Virus record (IMG/VR): IMGVR_UViG_3300031133_000383
Location: 1 to 64,000 of that record
DNA: 64,000 nucleotides
Direction: 5' to 3' (one strand)
Origin: a virus
Taxonomy: Duplodnaviria; Heunggongvirae; Uroviricota; Caudoviricetes
Position numbers and translations under genes: made by a program. Within the stretch, counting starts at the first letter, position 1. Each line of letters begins with the position of its first letter. A model generated the notes under the pieces. The model was not told the DNA's origin and made no database searches. It saw nothing but the letters and a program-made list of their open reading frames with translations. This document shows, one piece after another, positions 1-10,220 of this stretch.

Positions 1-1
1 T

Positions 2-697
2 GTTACTACGTTCAAGAAAGATGATGAGTTTTTCAAATCATATTATGTGTTTGAATCAGAACGAGGAAAAGGCTATTCTAGTCAAGTAATAGGATCTATT
101 CCTGAGCAGATAGTGACAGTTCCAGATTGTCAAATTGAAAACTTTTTAAGGGCTAAAGGCAAAGCTTATGTGCTAGCCGGTTCTTTTACCGAATCTACTG
201 AATACAAGGCCATCCAAGCGTTTTATAGTGATGAAAGGGCAGCACGCAGTCAATGTTATCTTATGAACCATATCGATGAAGGGTTAATGGTAATGTCATA
301 CTTTAATGCTAGTGAGGCAGCAAAGAAAGCTTTCTGCATTCATCCATTGGTTCAAAATAGTCAAGATTTAGCTACCAATTGGAACGTTGTAAAAAATCAA
401 GTTTCATCAGAGGTTTTGGGTTTGGCAATGGAGTATCGTAATATTGCAAATGCCTATCTGTCTCATAGAGAAATTAAAAGTATAGATGAAATTGAATTGA
501 GTCCAATTGATGATGTAAACTTGATGTTGATTGGTGATAAAGTTCAAAATTATAAGGACTTTTTAATTTATCATTATGGAACACATCCTAAAAGTGATCG
601 ACTTGATGCATATTTCAAAAATTGGCTACTCAAATTGAATGTAGACGAGTCTGTTTTTGTTGAATTGAGCAATCAACTTAAAGCGATTGAAATTTAA
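2..697 (+). CDS. Hypothetical protein, possible HD-like phosphohydrolase; 5'-truncated by window
   Basis: Frame is open from base 2. Motifs NHIDEGL, FCIHP and IGDKVQN resemble an HD-type helical fold. Confidence 0.45.
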   Translation, partial: VTTFKKDDEFFKSYYVFESERGKGYSSQVIGSIPEQIVTVPDCQIENFLRAKGKAYVLAGSFTESTEYKAIQAFYSDERAARSQCYLMNHIDEGLMVMSYFNASEAAKKAFCIHPLVQNSQDLATNWNVVKNQVSSEVLGLAMEYRNIANAYLSHREIKSIDEIELSPIDDVNLMLIGDKVQNYKDFLIYHYGTHPKSDRLDAYFKNWLLKLNVDESVFVELSNQLKAIEI

Positions 698-799
698 ACG
701 TTCCAACATTATATTGAAAAACTTGTTAGTTTAGACCATATGATGTCTATTTGACAGATTTTAAAAATTAGTACAAAAACTATTTTTTTAATTATAAGA

Positions 800-808
800 T
801 GGTATAAT
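800..808 (+). promoter_or_regulatory. Extended -10 promoter (TGgTATAAT)
   Basis: TG-n-TATAAT 25 nt before the ATG at 834; flanked by a 12-bp inverted repeat (753-764/813-824). Confidence 0.55.
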
Positions 809-833
809 GATATTAAAATCTGTCTAATTATGA

Positions 834-1829
834 ATGAAATTATATAATCTTACTGAAGTTAGAAATCAAATCCTCACGGATCTAAAATATAAAGGTATTG
901 AAGAAAAAAAGGATACCAGTAAAATATCTTCCATTTATTCAACTCGTTATGCTATTGATAAACTGTCACTTACTGAAATTCATATGATTATTAGTGATGA
1001 TCCAAAATTTACATTTTATATCAATGAAGAACAACTTTCAAAAATAAACCTCTTAGCTAAAATGAGCACAGGGCTACCTTTGTCATTTGATATGCTAAAA
1101 CCTATTGTTTCCGACAATATCTTTACACATAAAGTCAATAAGTCAGATGACTTAAAAGAAGTCGTTTTAGCTTACAAAAAGCATGATATGGTTGCTGAAT
1201 CGGTTCGAGAATATGAAGAGCAGAGAACAATTAGAAAAGCTAAAACTCTGGAAACCAACAATCGCTATGGATTTGTTAGTCGATCAGTTATGAGTAAGCG
1301 TATTGTTTCATTGGATTTTGAATTTGATCCTAATGATAAATTAGATGTATTTCAATTTAGTAATATTTCAGAAATTGGTGTTACTGTCTATGAGAACGGT
1401 CAAGTAACGGCTAAACATTATTTAGTTGAAGAAAATAAAAAAGAAAGCAATAAAGCTTTTTTACAAGATAAGTTTTTATTTGGGAACAGTGAAACTATTA
1501 CAATTGAAGACATAGACCAGTTACTTAAAAATGTTGTGGCTGATAATGATGTATTATTGGTTCATAGCTACTCTACAGAAATAAAATTTTTAGACAATAA
1601 TAATATTGATATCTCCAATCTTGAGATCTATGATACTCAGCTTGTATTTAAAAATTATTTTGATAATGACCAGCCTAATTTAAAGCGTCTATCTCATATG
1701 CTTCAACATTTTGATCTTTCTTATTCCTTTTTACATAATGCCGGAAATGATGCTTATCACACTTTAAATGTCTTTCATAAGATGATTGACAATATTCCCA
1801 AGCAGATTATTAAACCTAAAATGTTTTAA
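834..1829 (+). CDS. DEDDh/DnaQ-like 3'-5' exonuclease (Gfd2/YDR514C-like C-terminal domain)
   Basis: SLDFEF (ExoI), YDTQ, LHNAGNDAYHT (ExoIII); basic C-terminal tail KPKMF. Confidence 0.75.
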   Translation: MKLYNLTEVRNQILTDLKYKGIEEKKDTSKISSIYSTRYAIDKLSLTEIHMIISDDPKFTFYINEEQLSKINLLAKMSTGLPLSFDMLKPIVSDNIFTHKVNKSDDLKEVVLAYKKHDMVAESVREYEEQRTIRKAKTLETNNRYGFVSRSVMSKRIVSLDFEFDPNDKLDVFQFSNISEIGVTVYENGQVTAKHYLVEENKKESNKAFLQDKFLFGNSETITIEDIDQLLKNVVADNDVLLVHSYSTEIKFLDNNNIDISNLEIYDTQLVFKNYFDNDQPNLKRLSHMLQHFDLSYSFLHNAGNDAYHTLNVFHKMIDNIPKQIIKPKMF

Positions 1830-1886
1830 ATATATTCATTTTTATAATTCAATATGCTATAATAGATAATAAATAGGGAGATTAAA

Positions 1887-2324
1887 GTGAAAAAGCTTTC
1901 TTGTGGCACACTTATTGTTCGAGAAAACTCAGGGGGGAAAGAACTTTTTATGGCTCATGTCACTAATAAACCATTTTGGGATATTCCAAAAGGTGGTAGA
2001 AATAGTGAAGAAGGGTTCATTCAGGCAGCAATACGTGAATTGTATGAAGAATCAGGTTTTGTTTGTGAACATGCAGAGTTGTTGGATCTTGGTTTGTATG
2101 AATATACTGATCGTAAGGATTTGTATTTATTTAAATATGTGGGAAATACTAATTTTTGTCATACGAAAGCTGTGTGTAACAGTACTTTTTTCAGTAAAAT
2201 ATATTCAGCCCATCTTCCAGAAGTCGATGATTTCAAATATGTGCCTTTTGATGAAGTATTAGCACATTGTAGTGAAGGCTTTAAAAAAGTATTTCCATTA
2301 TTAATATCTAAAAAAATTATTTAA
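1887..2324 (+). CDS. NUDIX hydrolase (T4 NudE-like)
   Basis: Nudix box WDIPKGG..EE..QAAIRELYEESG; GTG start with GGGAG SD. Confidence 0.9.
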   Translation: MKKLSCGTLIVRENSGGKELFMAHVTNKPFWDIPKGGRNSEEGFIQAAIRELYEESGFVCEHAELLDLGLYEYTDRKDLYLFKYVGNTNFCHTKAVCNSTFFSKIYSAHLPEVDDFKYVPFDEVLAHCSEGFKKVFPLLISKKII

Positions 2325-2397
2325 GTGATAACCAAGATTATTTTTCTTGCTCTGTAAGCCTACAAATGTTAATATGGCTGTATTATTGGAGTTTGAT

Positions 2398-2973
2398 ATG
2401 AAAAATAAAACTATCTGTCTAGGTCTTGATATTGATGAAACACTCATTGAAACCGAGCGGTACTATGGACTGATTGATAGACCTAATGGTGCTGACTTTT
2501 ATTTCAGTCTTCCTCCTTTCCATTATGCCTTATATAAACGTTCTTTTTTAGATCAATTTTTACAATATGTTGATGCTCATTTCACTCTATTTTTCTATAC
2601 GAGAGCAACCAAGGATTATGCTCAACAGATTGTTGATTTCTTAGGTTATAGTCATGTTCCTTTGTTTCATCGGCAAGATACACTCAGAATTGAAGAAAAA
2701 GAACTGGCTTATGGTCGAGGAAATAAAACGATTTATTTCAAAAAAGATCTCAATATAATAGCTCAACGTCTTGATACTTCTATTAATAATATTGTTTTTA
2801 TTGATGATGTTGTTAGTGATAAAGAAATTGTGCCTACTTCAAATGTCATTTGTGTACCAGAATTTAATCATAAGATAGACGATTGCGATTTACTTATTAT
2901 CAAAAATCATCTAATAGAAAGTGAAACAGTTTGTAATCCATTAATGTACATTAATACTTTGCAGTTTATCTAA
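2398..2973 (+). CDS. HAD-family phosphatase (FCP1/NIF-like)
   Basis: LDIDETLI (DxDxT), YTRA, KKDL, VFIDD; start moved to the ATG at 2398 after a GGAG SD. Confidence 0.8.
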   Translation: MKNKTICLGLDIDETLIETERYYGLIDRPNGADFYFSLPPFHYALYKRSFLDQFLQYVDAHFTLFFYTRATKDYAQQIVDFLGYSHVPLFHRQDTLRIEEKELAYGRGNKTIYFKKDLNIIAQRLDTSINNIVFIDDVVSDKEIVPTSNVICVPEFNHKIDDCDLLIIKNHLIESETVCNPLMYINTLQFI

Positions 2974-3028
2974 CTTTTAATTTTTAGAAAAGATGTTAAA
3001 ATAATAATAATCAACTAATTAATATTAT

Positions 3029-4927
3029 ATGTCAGATCTTAAAAAACATATTGAACGTATTCAACAAGGTGAAGCCGCCGATAACTTTGCGAAATGGTTT
3101 AACGATGGCGGTATTTGTGATGAAAACGACTATCCATTGGTATTGTACAGTGGGACATTATCTGATTTCGATTCTTTTGATCTCTACCATACACAACCAG
3201 AATCTTTTTTTGGACAGGGTTTTTATTTGTCTACCAGCAAACAAGATGCGGCCTATAACTATGCTTCATTTACAGGGCAAGATTTTGTTAATAAAGTAGC
3301 TGAACTCAAATCTAAATTTGAACAAGACACCTTGGACATTCTTAATGATAATTATCAATATGAAATAAACCATCCCGAAGAATCCGAAATAAATGCTAAA
3401 ATTGCTTTACTGCATCAACAAGAATCGGAAGGTCTTGATGTTTTTGAAGATATTTACCGAGCAGTGGAAGAATATCATGTAGAAAAGGTTATCAGTATTA
3501 CTCATGGTGGAATGGTTATGCCTTTATTAGCTGTTTCAAAGAAGCTAATTGATGTACAAAGCGAGGTTTTTACACAAGAAGAGACATTTGGCGTAATAGA
3601 TGAGTTGTTTGAACATTTTTGTAATGAATACGATGAAATATATGATGAATTAAGAGATAAAATCATTTCAAAACTATCACCAAATACCCATCAATATACA
3701 TTTGAATTAGATGAATTTAAAGAAATTGTTAATGATGTCATTGAATCTATTGACCCTTATGAAGATGACTTGGTAGAAGAAATAAATCAATATGTTGAGG
3801 ATTTTTTCTCTACTTATAATAATGAAATTGAAGTAAATAATCAGATGGCTGGCACTTTGAATGAATTCAAAAACAATATGACGAATTTATTAATAGATCA
3901 TGGTTTTGATAAAGAAGCCGAATCGTTTAGTGAGGCATTATATAGAGAGTTTGCCGATGAAGATTCTAATTATATTTCTGTTGCTGCGATTTTGAATAAT
4001 GATAGAATTATTGAAATATTATGTGATGTACATGTAGAAAGTAGCAATGTCTACAATCAAACAGTCAGCGGAGTAAGAGCCTTATCAGCATTAGCATTTA
4101 GAAAAATGGGTTATGATGGAATCGTAATGAATCCTTATGATTATTTTGAAATGAAGCATGTTGATGAAAATACCAAGCACTATATTCTTTTTGATGCTAA
4201 TAATATAAAAAGTGCAATTGGCAACAATGGTGAATTTTCATTGATGGACAATAATATATTGCATCGTATCAGTCACACAGTTCATGCAAATAATAAAAAA
4301 GAAAAATCAATGACTTTAGAAGAAGCTGAGCATCTAATTCAGGATATTACATTGCACTATAAAAACATGCCTAAATGCAAAGTTTACTCTGATTTAGAAT
4401 CCGTTCATCCTGCATTGAAAGCTCAAAATCCTGATTTAATAACATGCTCTGGTATTTTCGATCTTTCTCATAATACTGTACATATATTCTTGCCCAACGT
4501 TATTGATAAAAAGGATTTCATTAAGACATTGTGTCATGAAGTTTTTGGTCATATGTCGTTGAGAGAGGTTCTGGCAGAAAAATATGAACCTATCATGAAT
4601 AAGGTTTACCATTATTATAATAAGAGAGGTGAACTAGAAGATGTTAAAAAGAACTATATAGATCGTTACAGTCTTGATTTGAATAAATCAAAAGACAGGG
4701 CACTGATTGCAGAAGAAAAAATGGCATCTGTGATAGAAGAAAATGGATTAAATTCCTTTCCTCTCAAAAAAATTGTGATAGGGGCAATTAGAAACGCAAT
4801 TAGAACAGTAATCCCTGCTTTAAATATCAATGACAATGATATTACTTATATTATGTACAGTGCTCATAAGCATATTTTACTACCACCGCCACGTTTTGAC
4901 AAGAAACATCCTAAAATGAAACAATAA
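3029..4927 (+). CDS. Polyvalent-type protein: ART-PolyVal-like ADP-ribosyltransferase fold with acidic insertion, plus zincin-like (HExxGH) domain
   Basis: FAKWF..PLVLYSGT..FGQGFYLS..GYDGI..YILFDANNIKSAIGNNGEFS, then TLCHEVFGH..AEE. Confidence 0.65.
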   Translation: MSDLKKHIERIQQGEAADNFAKWFNDGGICDENDYPLVLYSGTLSDFDSFDLYHTQPESFFGQGFYLSTSKQDAAYNYASFTGQDFVNKVAELKSKFEQDTLDILNDNYQYEINHPEESEINAKIALLHQQESEGLDVFEDIYRAVEEYHVEKVISITHGGMVMPLLAVSKKLIDVQSEVFTQEETFGVIDELFEHFCNEYDEIYDELRDKIISKLSPNTHQYTFELDEFKEIVNDVIESIDPYEDDLVEEINQYVEDFFSTYNNEIEVNNQMAGTLNEFKNNMTNLLIDHGFDKEAESFSEALYREFADEDSNYISVAAILNNDRIIEILCDVHVESSNVYNQTVSGVRALSALAFRKMGYDGIVMNPYDYFEMKHVDENTKHYILFDANNIKSAIGNNGEFSLMDNNILHRISHTVHANNKKEKSMTLEEAEHLIQDITLHYKNMPKCKVYSDLESVHPALKAQNPDLITCSGIFDLSHNTVHIFLPNVIDKKDFIKTLCHEVFGHMSLREVLAEKYEPIMNKVYHYYNKRGELEDVKKNYIDRYSLDLNKSKDRALIAEEKMASVIEENGLNSFPLKKIVIGAIRNAIRTVIPALNINDNDITYIMYSAHKHILLPPPRFDKKHPKMKQ

Positions 4928-4951
4928 AGCCTATAACGGCTTTATTATTTA

Positions 4952-5317
4952 TTAAGAATTTGAAATATTATTCCAAAGTTTTTGATAGGCTTCTCTTATG
5001 GAAAGTCCAGAAGCAACCAGATTTTTGATGAATTCTCTTTCGAGTTGAAAATCTCTATAAGCGGCTGTACTTTTCTTCCCTGTCAACACTCTGCCATGGT
5101 TATACCATAATTCTTCTTGCCCAAAAATTGTTACGCTGATATAGGTATCGTTTAAACGTACCCTAACATTTAATCCAACCAGATTATTTTTATGGCATTT
5201 TGGCTCCATTTTTCTAGCCGCTGCAATGTCGATTTCATCATCTGGCCAAATTGGTCGCCAAAAGCTTCCATTGTTTTTGATATAATAACCATGTATATCA
5301 TTTTTTATAATTGACAT
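4952..5317 (-). CDS. Hypothetical protein
   Basis: ORF; start moved to MSIIKND after an AAGGA SD. Confidence 0.6.
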   Translation of the reverse strand: MSIIKNDIHGYYIKNNGSFWRPIWPDDEIDIAAARKMEPKCHKNNLVGLNVRVRLNDTYISVTIFGQEELWYNHGRVLTGKKSTAAYRDFQLEREFIKNLVASGLSIREAYQKLWNNISNS

Positions 5318-5496
5318 ATATATTCCTTTCACTAAAAATATTTTAAAATCATAAATCATACCTAATTTTTTATCAAGTTGTATTTTTATTATTTTTTTTC
5401 TAACCATAAACTTTATAGTATTTTTCATTGACATTGAGACTCTAAAAATGATATAGTATAGAAAATAGTTATTGACCAAACCGAGGAATTCTTTTC

Positions 5497-6135
5497 ATGA
5501 AAATAGTAGATTTAATATCATATGACACCACATTGACAACTGATCAGGGAGCTTATACGAGATTTTCTCATGAGTTATCTAGTATTGGATTGGCGATTAC
5601 TCAAAATCATAATCCAGTACTTTTCATTATCACTGATCACGAGCCTATTGGTAATACTGAAAAATCATTATCTTTTTACAAAGAAGACGATGGGTCATGT
5701 GGTATTAGTTTTCATGATAAAGACTTGGATATTGATTTATTTTATTCTAATTATGCCGCCCAAGGATTAAGCAGCGTACTTGAAGATCGGGCTGTTATTT
5801 CTGAAATATTGGATTATCCTATACTTGCTTCAAAATTTGATTTTATCAGAACAACTATTGAAGGAGCCGCAAAAATTGATTTAGTACGACTGGTTGTTGA
5901 TAATATCCAAGATTTCAATCGTCAACTTTCTGACCATTTAGCGACATTGATTCAAGATGAATCTTCATTGAAAGATCTTTCTGACATTGAAATTCAGATT
6001 TTGTTAGGCAGTAATCAACTGACATTTTTTGATATTTGCGGTATCTATGAATGGCTTGAAAATAACAAAATAGATGATTTTGATAATTTTCCAATTAAAG
6101 TTTCAAGTATTCAGCATCAACAAATCGTTATTTAA
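5497..6135 (+). CDS. Hypothetical protein
   Basis: 212-aa ORF with GAGGA SD, TTGACA..TATAGT promoter and downstream terminator. Confidence 0.7.
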   Translation: MKIVDLISYDTTLTTDQGAYTRFSHELSSIGLAITQNHNPVLFIITDHEPIGNTEKSLSFYKEDDGSCGISFHDKDLDIDLFYSNYAAQGLSSVLEDRAVISEILDYPILASKFDFIRTTIEGAAKIDLVRLVVDNIQDFNRQLSDHLATLIQDESSLKDLSDIEIQILLGSNQLTFFDICGIYEWLENNKIDDFDNFPIKVSSIQHQQIVI

Positions 6136-6307
6136 TTAGGAGCAATTTTAGCTCCTTTTTTATTAACTATTTTTTGACTAAATTTAAAAAATACCTCTAT
6201 TTTATTGACTAAACCTTGACGGCACCTCATTTTTATGTAAAATAATAAGAAAGGCTATGCAATTTTTAAACACTATAATATAGAAGAAATTTGGAGAGGT
6301 AATTGGT

Positions 6308-7222
6308 ATGGAAGACATTGTAAAAGTATATTCCATAAAAGAAATGAGAAAAAAGATTTTCAGCAGTCTTGGTATTTCAAACAGACATGAGATTGGAAAT
6401 TTTATTTCGATAAGCAATTTGTTTACACAATTATCAATCAGTGAATATTTGGTGGATGTGGAAAACAAAGAGTGCTATATAAGTTTTATGGACTTTATAA
6501 AACTATGTAGTTATATCAATACAACATACCAAGTGCAATATCACGTAAAATCTTTTAATTCAATGACAAAACCTAGTGAGAAATTTACTATAATTAATGC
6601 ACTAGAGCATGCACAGTACCTAGATTCAACATTTCAGTATATTACTGAACATCAAGAACATAAAAAGCACTTCTTTGATAGTATGTTTTTGAAAGAACTC
6701 AAAATGAATCAAACAATCACTGCATTTGATTTTTCCTATAATACTTCACATGAAATAGTGGATGTTGGCATTTCTTATTTTGATAACAATATTCAAAAAA
6801 ATTATCATTTTATTGTTGAAGAAAACATGCCAGAAGAATTTTCATCAAATACCAAGTATTTTTCATTTAATTTTGGTAAAACTGAAGTTAAAAAATTGAA
6901 AACAATTCTTGATTTTATAAAACTTTTTACCAATCAAGCAGACGTTATCTTATTACATGATTGTTCCAATGATATGAAAGTCATTGAGTCATTGGGCATG
7001 GCTGAATTATTTGCGTCGAAAAAAATTATTGATACCTCATTGATTTTCAATAGTACAGAAATAAATGGTAAAGTTGTTCAATCAAATGATAGAATCAGTT
7101 TGAAAAATCTACTATTAAAAAGTAAAATTTCTTACAGTCAACTTCATAATAGTGGTAACGATGCTTTCTATACACTGAAAGCATTCTTGAAGAATTTAAA
7201 GAAACATAAGTCTATTCTTTAG
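6308..7222 (+). CDS. DEDDh-like exonuclease paralogue with degenerate ExoI motif
   Basis: AFDFSY (E replaced by S), IIDTS, LHNSGNDAFYT; similar to 834..1829. Confidence 0.65.
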   Translation: MEDIVKVYSIKEMRKKIFSSLGISNRHEIGNFISISNLFTQLSISEYLVDVENKECYISFMDFIKLCSYINTTYQVQYHVKSFNSMTKPSEKFTIINALEHAQYLDSTFQYITEHQEHKKHFFDSMFLKELKMNQTITAFDFSYNTSHEIVDVGISYFDNNIQKNYHFIVEENMPEEFSSNTKYFSFNFGKTEVKKLKTILDFIKLFTNQADVILLHDCSNDMKVIESLGMAELFASKKIIDTSLIFNSTEINGKVVQSNDRISLKNLLLKSKISYSQLHNSGNDAFYTLKAFLKNLKKHKSIL

Positions 7223-7275
7223 GATCTTTTGCGGGAATCTCCGGTTATTCATTACAGTGAGTATGTCACTATATC
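7218..7275 (+). repeat. Dispersed ~58-bp intergenic element, copy 1
   Basis: Ungapped 43/58 match (hand alignment) to the reverse complement of 42169..42226. Confidence 0.7.
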
Positions 7276-7316
7276 TCTAGAAAATTACTAGTGATTCTTG
7301 GTGTTGATAATTTCAT

Positions 7317-7904
7317 TTATAAGGATATCATTTCGTATACAGTTAATTCTTTTAAAAATATCTCTTTTTGTATATTATTGAAATTAATTTTATTTCTAAA
7401 AGTATCGTTTTCAGCAATGAATGTAAAGCACTCTTTGACACCAATTTTTGATACTTTCAATAACTGATAATCATTGAATTCATAAGATATTAGTCTATTA
7501 TAGAAATATGAAAAACTGCGGTGATATGGCAAAGTTATTAGACAACCTACCTTGTTATTGTTATTGTAATTTTGATTATAGAGCAATTCTATGTCAATGA
7601 AATCCGATTTATAGTTAAATTTTAATATAATTTTTACTCTAATATTTCTAAATTTATTTTCAAGTTCAATAAGTTTTTCGCAATTTCTGATAATCACCAA
7701 TATATTATCGTCAGTAATAAAATTTTTCATTTCTTCGACATTATCTATTTTTAATGTATAAGAGTCTTTATCAAAAACTAAAAAGCTTCTTTCATTAACA
7801 TAAGTATAACAATATTTATTATTATACTTGTTTTTTGAATAAATTGCTTTTTTTGAAAACCCGAATTTTTTGGCAGTACTTTTAATTTCTTTTTTATTAA
7901 ACAT
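7317..7904 (-). CDS. Hypothetical protein with C-terminal tag A
   Basis: 195-aa ORF ending ELTVYEMISL. Confidence 0.7.
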   Translation of the reverse strand: MFNKKEIKSTAKKFGFSKKAIYSKNKYNNKYCYTYVNERSFLVFDKDSYTLKIDNVEEMKNFITDDNILVIIRNCEKLIELENKFRNIRVKIILKFNYKSDFIDIELLYNQNYNNNNKVGCLITLPYHRSFSYFYNRLISYEFNDYQLLKVSKIGVKECFTFIAENDTFRNKINFNNIQKEIFLKELTVYEMISL

Positions 7905-7913
7905 ATTGGTTCC

Positions 7914-8423
7914 TTAACACTTGGCCATTTCGATAACTTGAAAATAGGATTTAAGGTCTTTAAATCCATCTTTGTAAGAAATATTGTAAAAATCTTCAAA
8001 TATTGAAAACAAGTAATTAAACAAAACAGAATCTCTATTAATAGATCCATCATTGTTTATTTTGAATATAAATTTCTTGTCAATATTTTTAAAAGTCATA
8101 GCAACATTTTTTCGTATTTCATCAAAAGGATTTAAATCTTCCCTCATGATTTTGACACTACTTTTTGAAAAATCCATAATCATATATACATTATCGTGGG
8201 ATTTGTAAATTTTGATACCTATATGATTTAAGATATTGATCAGTGGTAGATATTTCATGTTATTTAGGTAATTTATCAGCAGATCAATGTTATTAAGTTC
8301 TAATAAAAGATTTTTTGCCATTTCTTCTGGCAGTATTTCTTTTTCGAAACTACGCTTTTTATTTCTGAATTCATAAATTATTCGGGTGTTTTCTGCTGTT
8401 TCTTGAAACATAATATTCCTCAT
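7914..8423 (-). CDS. Hypothetical protein with C-terminal tag A
   Basis: 169-aa ORF ending YFQVIEMAKC. Confidence 0.7.
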   Translation of the reverse strand: MRNIMFQETAENTRIIYEFRNKKRSFEKEILPEEMAKNLLLELNNIDLLINYLNNMKYLPLINILNHIGIKIYKSHDNVYMIMDFSKSSVKIMREDLNPFDEIRKNVAMTFKNIDKKFIFKINNDGSINRDSVLFNYLFSIFEDFYNISYKDGFKDLKSYFQVIEMAKC

Positions 8424-9073
8424 ATTTCTATCATGTTGTTGAGTGTAAAATCATTCTTTGTTAATTCATGTGGCTGCTTTTCTGTAAGGTTGCATACTTT
8501 TCTTATCAACGTATTGTTCATTATATCTTCTACTCTTATCTTACTATCATTGATATAACCAGAACCAATATCTATATCAAAATCTTTAAAAAATTCAACA
8601 AAGTAATCATCAGAAAAGTTTAAAACCATTGTATAATCATTTTCACTCATGTTTAACTCTCTTAATATGGCTTTTTTAATGCATTTAGAGTCAATTAATT
8701 TATAAAGATATTTTGAAATCATGTAAAAGTAAAGCATCATAGGTAGCATCAAATAAATTGGAAACATTTCCAGAATAGATCTAACAGGAGCATAATAGAA
8801 ACTACTGACTATAATACCTAGTGTAACAAATGGAATCGAGTATACACCCCATACAAAAACATTAAATTTTATCAAGGTTTGAGAATTTAACGTTCTATTC
8901 TTAAATAGCCAAACACCAAAAACCAGTGAAAAAGTAACTGAATAGCTTGCAATATTGAAATTAAATAAAGACAGATGAATAATCGGTAAGGCTACCACAA
9001 TAACAATAAAAATATCTAAAGACCGCTTGAAATCGATTGTTGATTTAGTCAATTTATTCATTCTAGTCTCCAT
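8420..9073 (-). CDS. Membrane protein (about 4 TM) with C-terminal tag A
   Basis: Hydrophobic N-terminal half; ends DFTLNNMIEI. Confidence 0.7.
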   Translation of the reverse strand: METRMNKLTKSTIDFKRSLDIFIVIVVALPIIHLSLFNFNIASYSVTFSLVFGVWLFKNRTLNSQTLIKFNVFVWGVYSIPFVTLGIIVSSFYYAPVRSILEMFPIYLMLPMMLYFYMISKYLYKLIDSKCIKKAILRELNMSENDYTMVLNFSDDYFVEFFKDFDIDIGSGYINDSKIRVEDIMNNTLIRKVCNLTEKQPHELTKNDFTLNNMIEI

Positions 9074-9125
9074 ATAATTTGGATGATTATATCATAAAAG
9101 TAATAAAATAACAACATTTTTATGT

Positions 9126-9153
9126 TTGACATTCAAATGACAAACTATATAAT
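9126..9153 (+). promoter_or_regulatory. sigma70 promoter
   Basis: TTGACA-16 nt-TATAAT upstream of 9177. Confidence 0.7.
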
Positions 9154-9176
9154 GACTGAATTATTTGGAGACCTGT

Positions 9177-9767
9177 ATGAAAAAAATAGCACTGTTTTTA
9201 GGATGTATTTTAACATTACCTGTATGGGCGGCATCTGATGATGCAACAGGAGCTTTTGGCTATAAATTACGCTATTTCTATGAAGAAGCTAAAGAAACAA
9301 AGGACCCCTTAAATAAGATTGTGATAAAGCCAGAAAGTGAATATAAATTTTTAATGTTTAATGATTATACTTTATCTGTAACTCCCAAGACATATAAAAT
9401 ATATGCTATCAATGCGATAGGAAAGGTTTTTACATCTTGCCAAGAAGACAGTTTAATTATTGAAAATTTTTTGAAAAAGAAGTATGAGTTCTCAAGTACA
9501 GATAGAAAAATTGATGAACATGTTACTGTTCAGAAAGATGATGGAAATTTAGAAAAGGATAAAAATATTGCAACCATTTATGATTTAAGTAAAACAAGAA
9601 TTTATCTAACATGTAATCGAGAAAAAGATATTATTGCTATTTCTTATGTGGACACTGAAATGGCGATTCAAGCGTCTCTTGAATCACAGGACATGTTTGA
9701 TAAAAATATGGCTGATAAGATTAAAGCACTGAAAGATCGCGAAGACTTCAATGTTAAAGGACTTTAA
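9177..9767 (+). CDS. Secreted hypothetical protein
   Basis: Signal peptide MKKIALFLGCILTLPVWA; GGAG SD. Confidence 0.7.
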   Translation: MKKIALFLGCILTLPVWAASDDATGAFGYKLRYFYEEAKETKDPLNKIVIKPESEYKFLMFNDYTLSVTPKTYKIYAINAIGKVFTSCQEDSLIIENFLKKKYEFSSTDRKIDEHVTVQKDDGNLEKDKNIATIYDLSKTRIYLTCNREKDIIAISYVDTEMAIQASLESQDMFDKNMADKIKALKDREDFNVKGL

Positions 9768-10220
9768 TTATTCTATTGATAAATAGTCTTCATAATTTTT
9801 ATAGCAGGTATTAACCTTGAATATTAAACTGGTTATATTATATTTGTATGTTGACAAAAACTCTAATAAACCATTATCTGCATAAAACATATTCATTATT
9901 TCAATAGAGTCATTTTTCATCATGATATGGCCTTGCCAGAAGTGATTGAGATCGAGGTCACCCGAACGATCACGACAATATTTCACAGTTAATGCATTGC
10001 TAGCCATAGAGTATTTTCTATATTTTTTAGGAATTTGATCACTTACTTCAAATTTTAATGATTCTATTTTATAGATTTTTTTATCAATTAAGTAATAAAT
10101 GATTTTTGTAAAAAAATCATCAAGTCTTTGCACAATATAGTCTTCTACATCACCCTGAGTTTCTATTTTCAAATTATATGTGTTTTTATTTTTTATTATA
10201 AATAATTTTACTAATCGCAT
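9768..10220 (-). CDS. Hypothetical protein
   Basis: 150-aa ORF overlapping the end of the upstream phosphatase gene. Confidence 0.6.
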   Translation of the reverse strand: MRLVKLFIIKNKNTYNLKIETQGDVEDYIVQRLDDFFTKIIYYLIDKKIYKIESLKFEVSDQIPKKYRKYSMASNALTVKYCRDRSGDLDLNHFWQGHIMMKNDSIEIMNMFYADNGLLEFLSTYKYNITSLIFKVNTCYKNYEDYLSIE

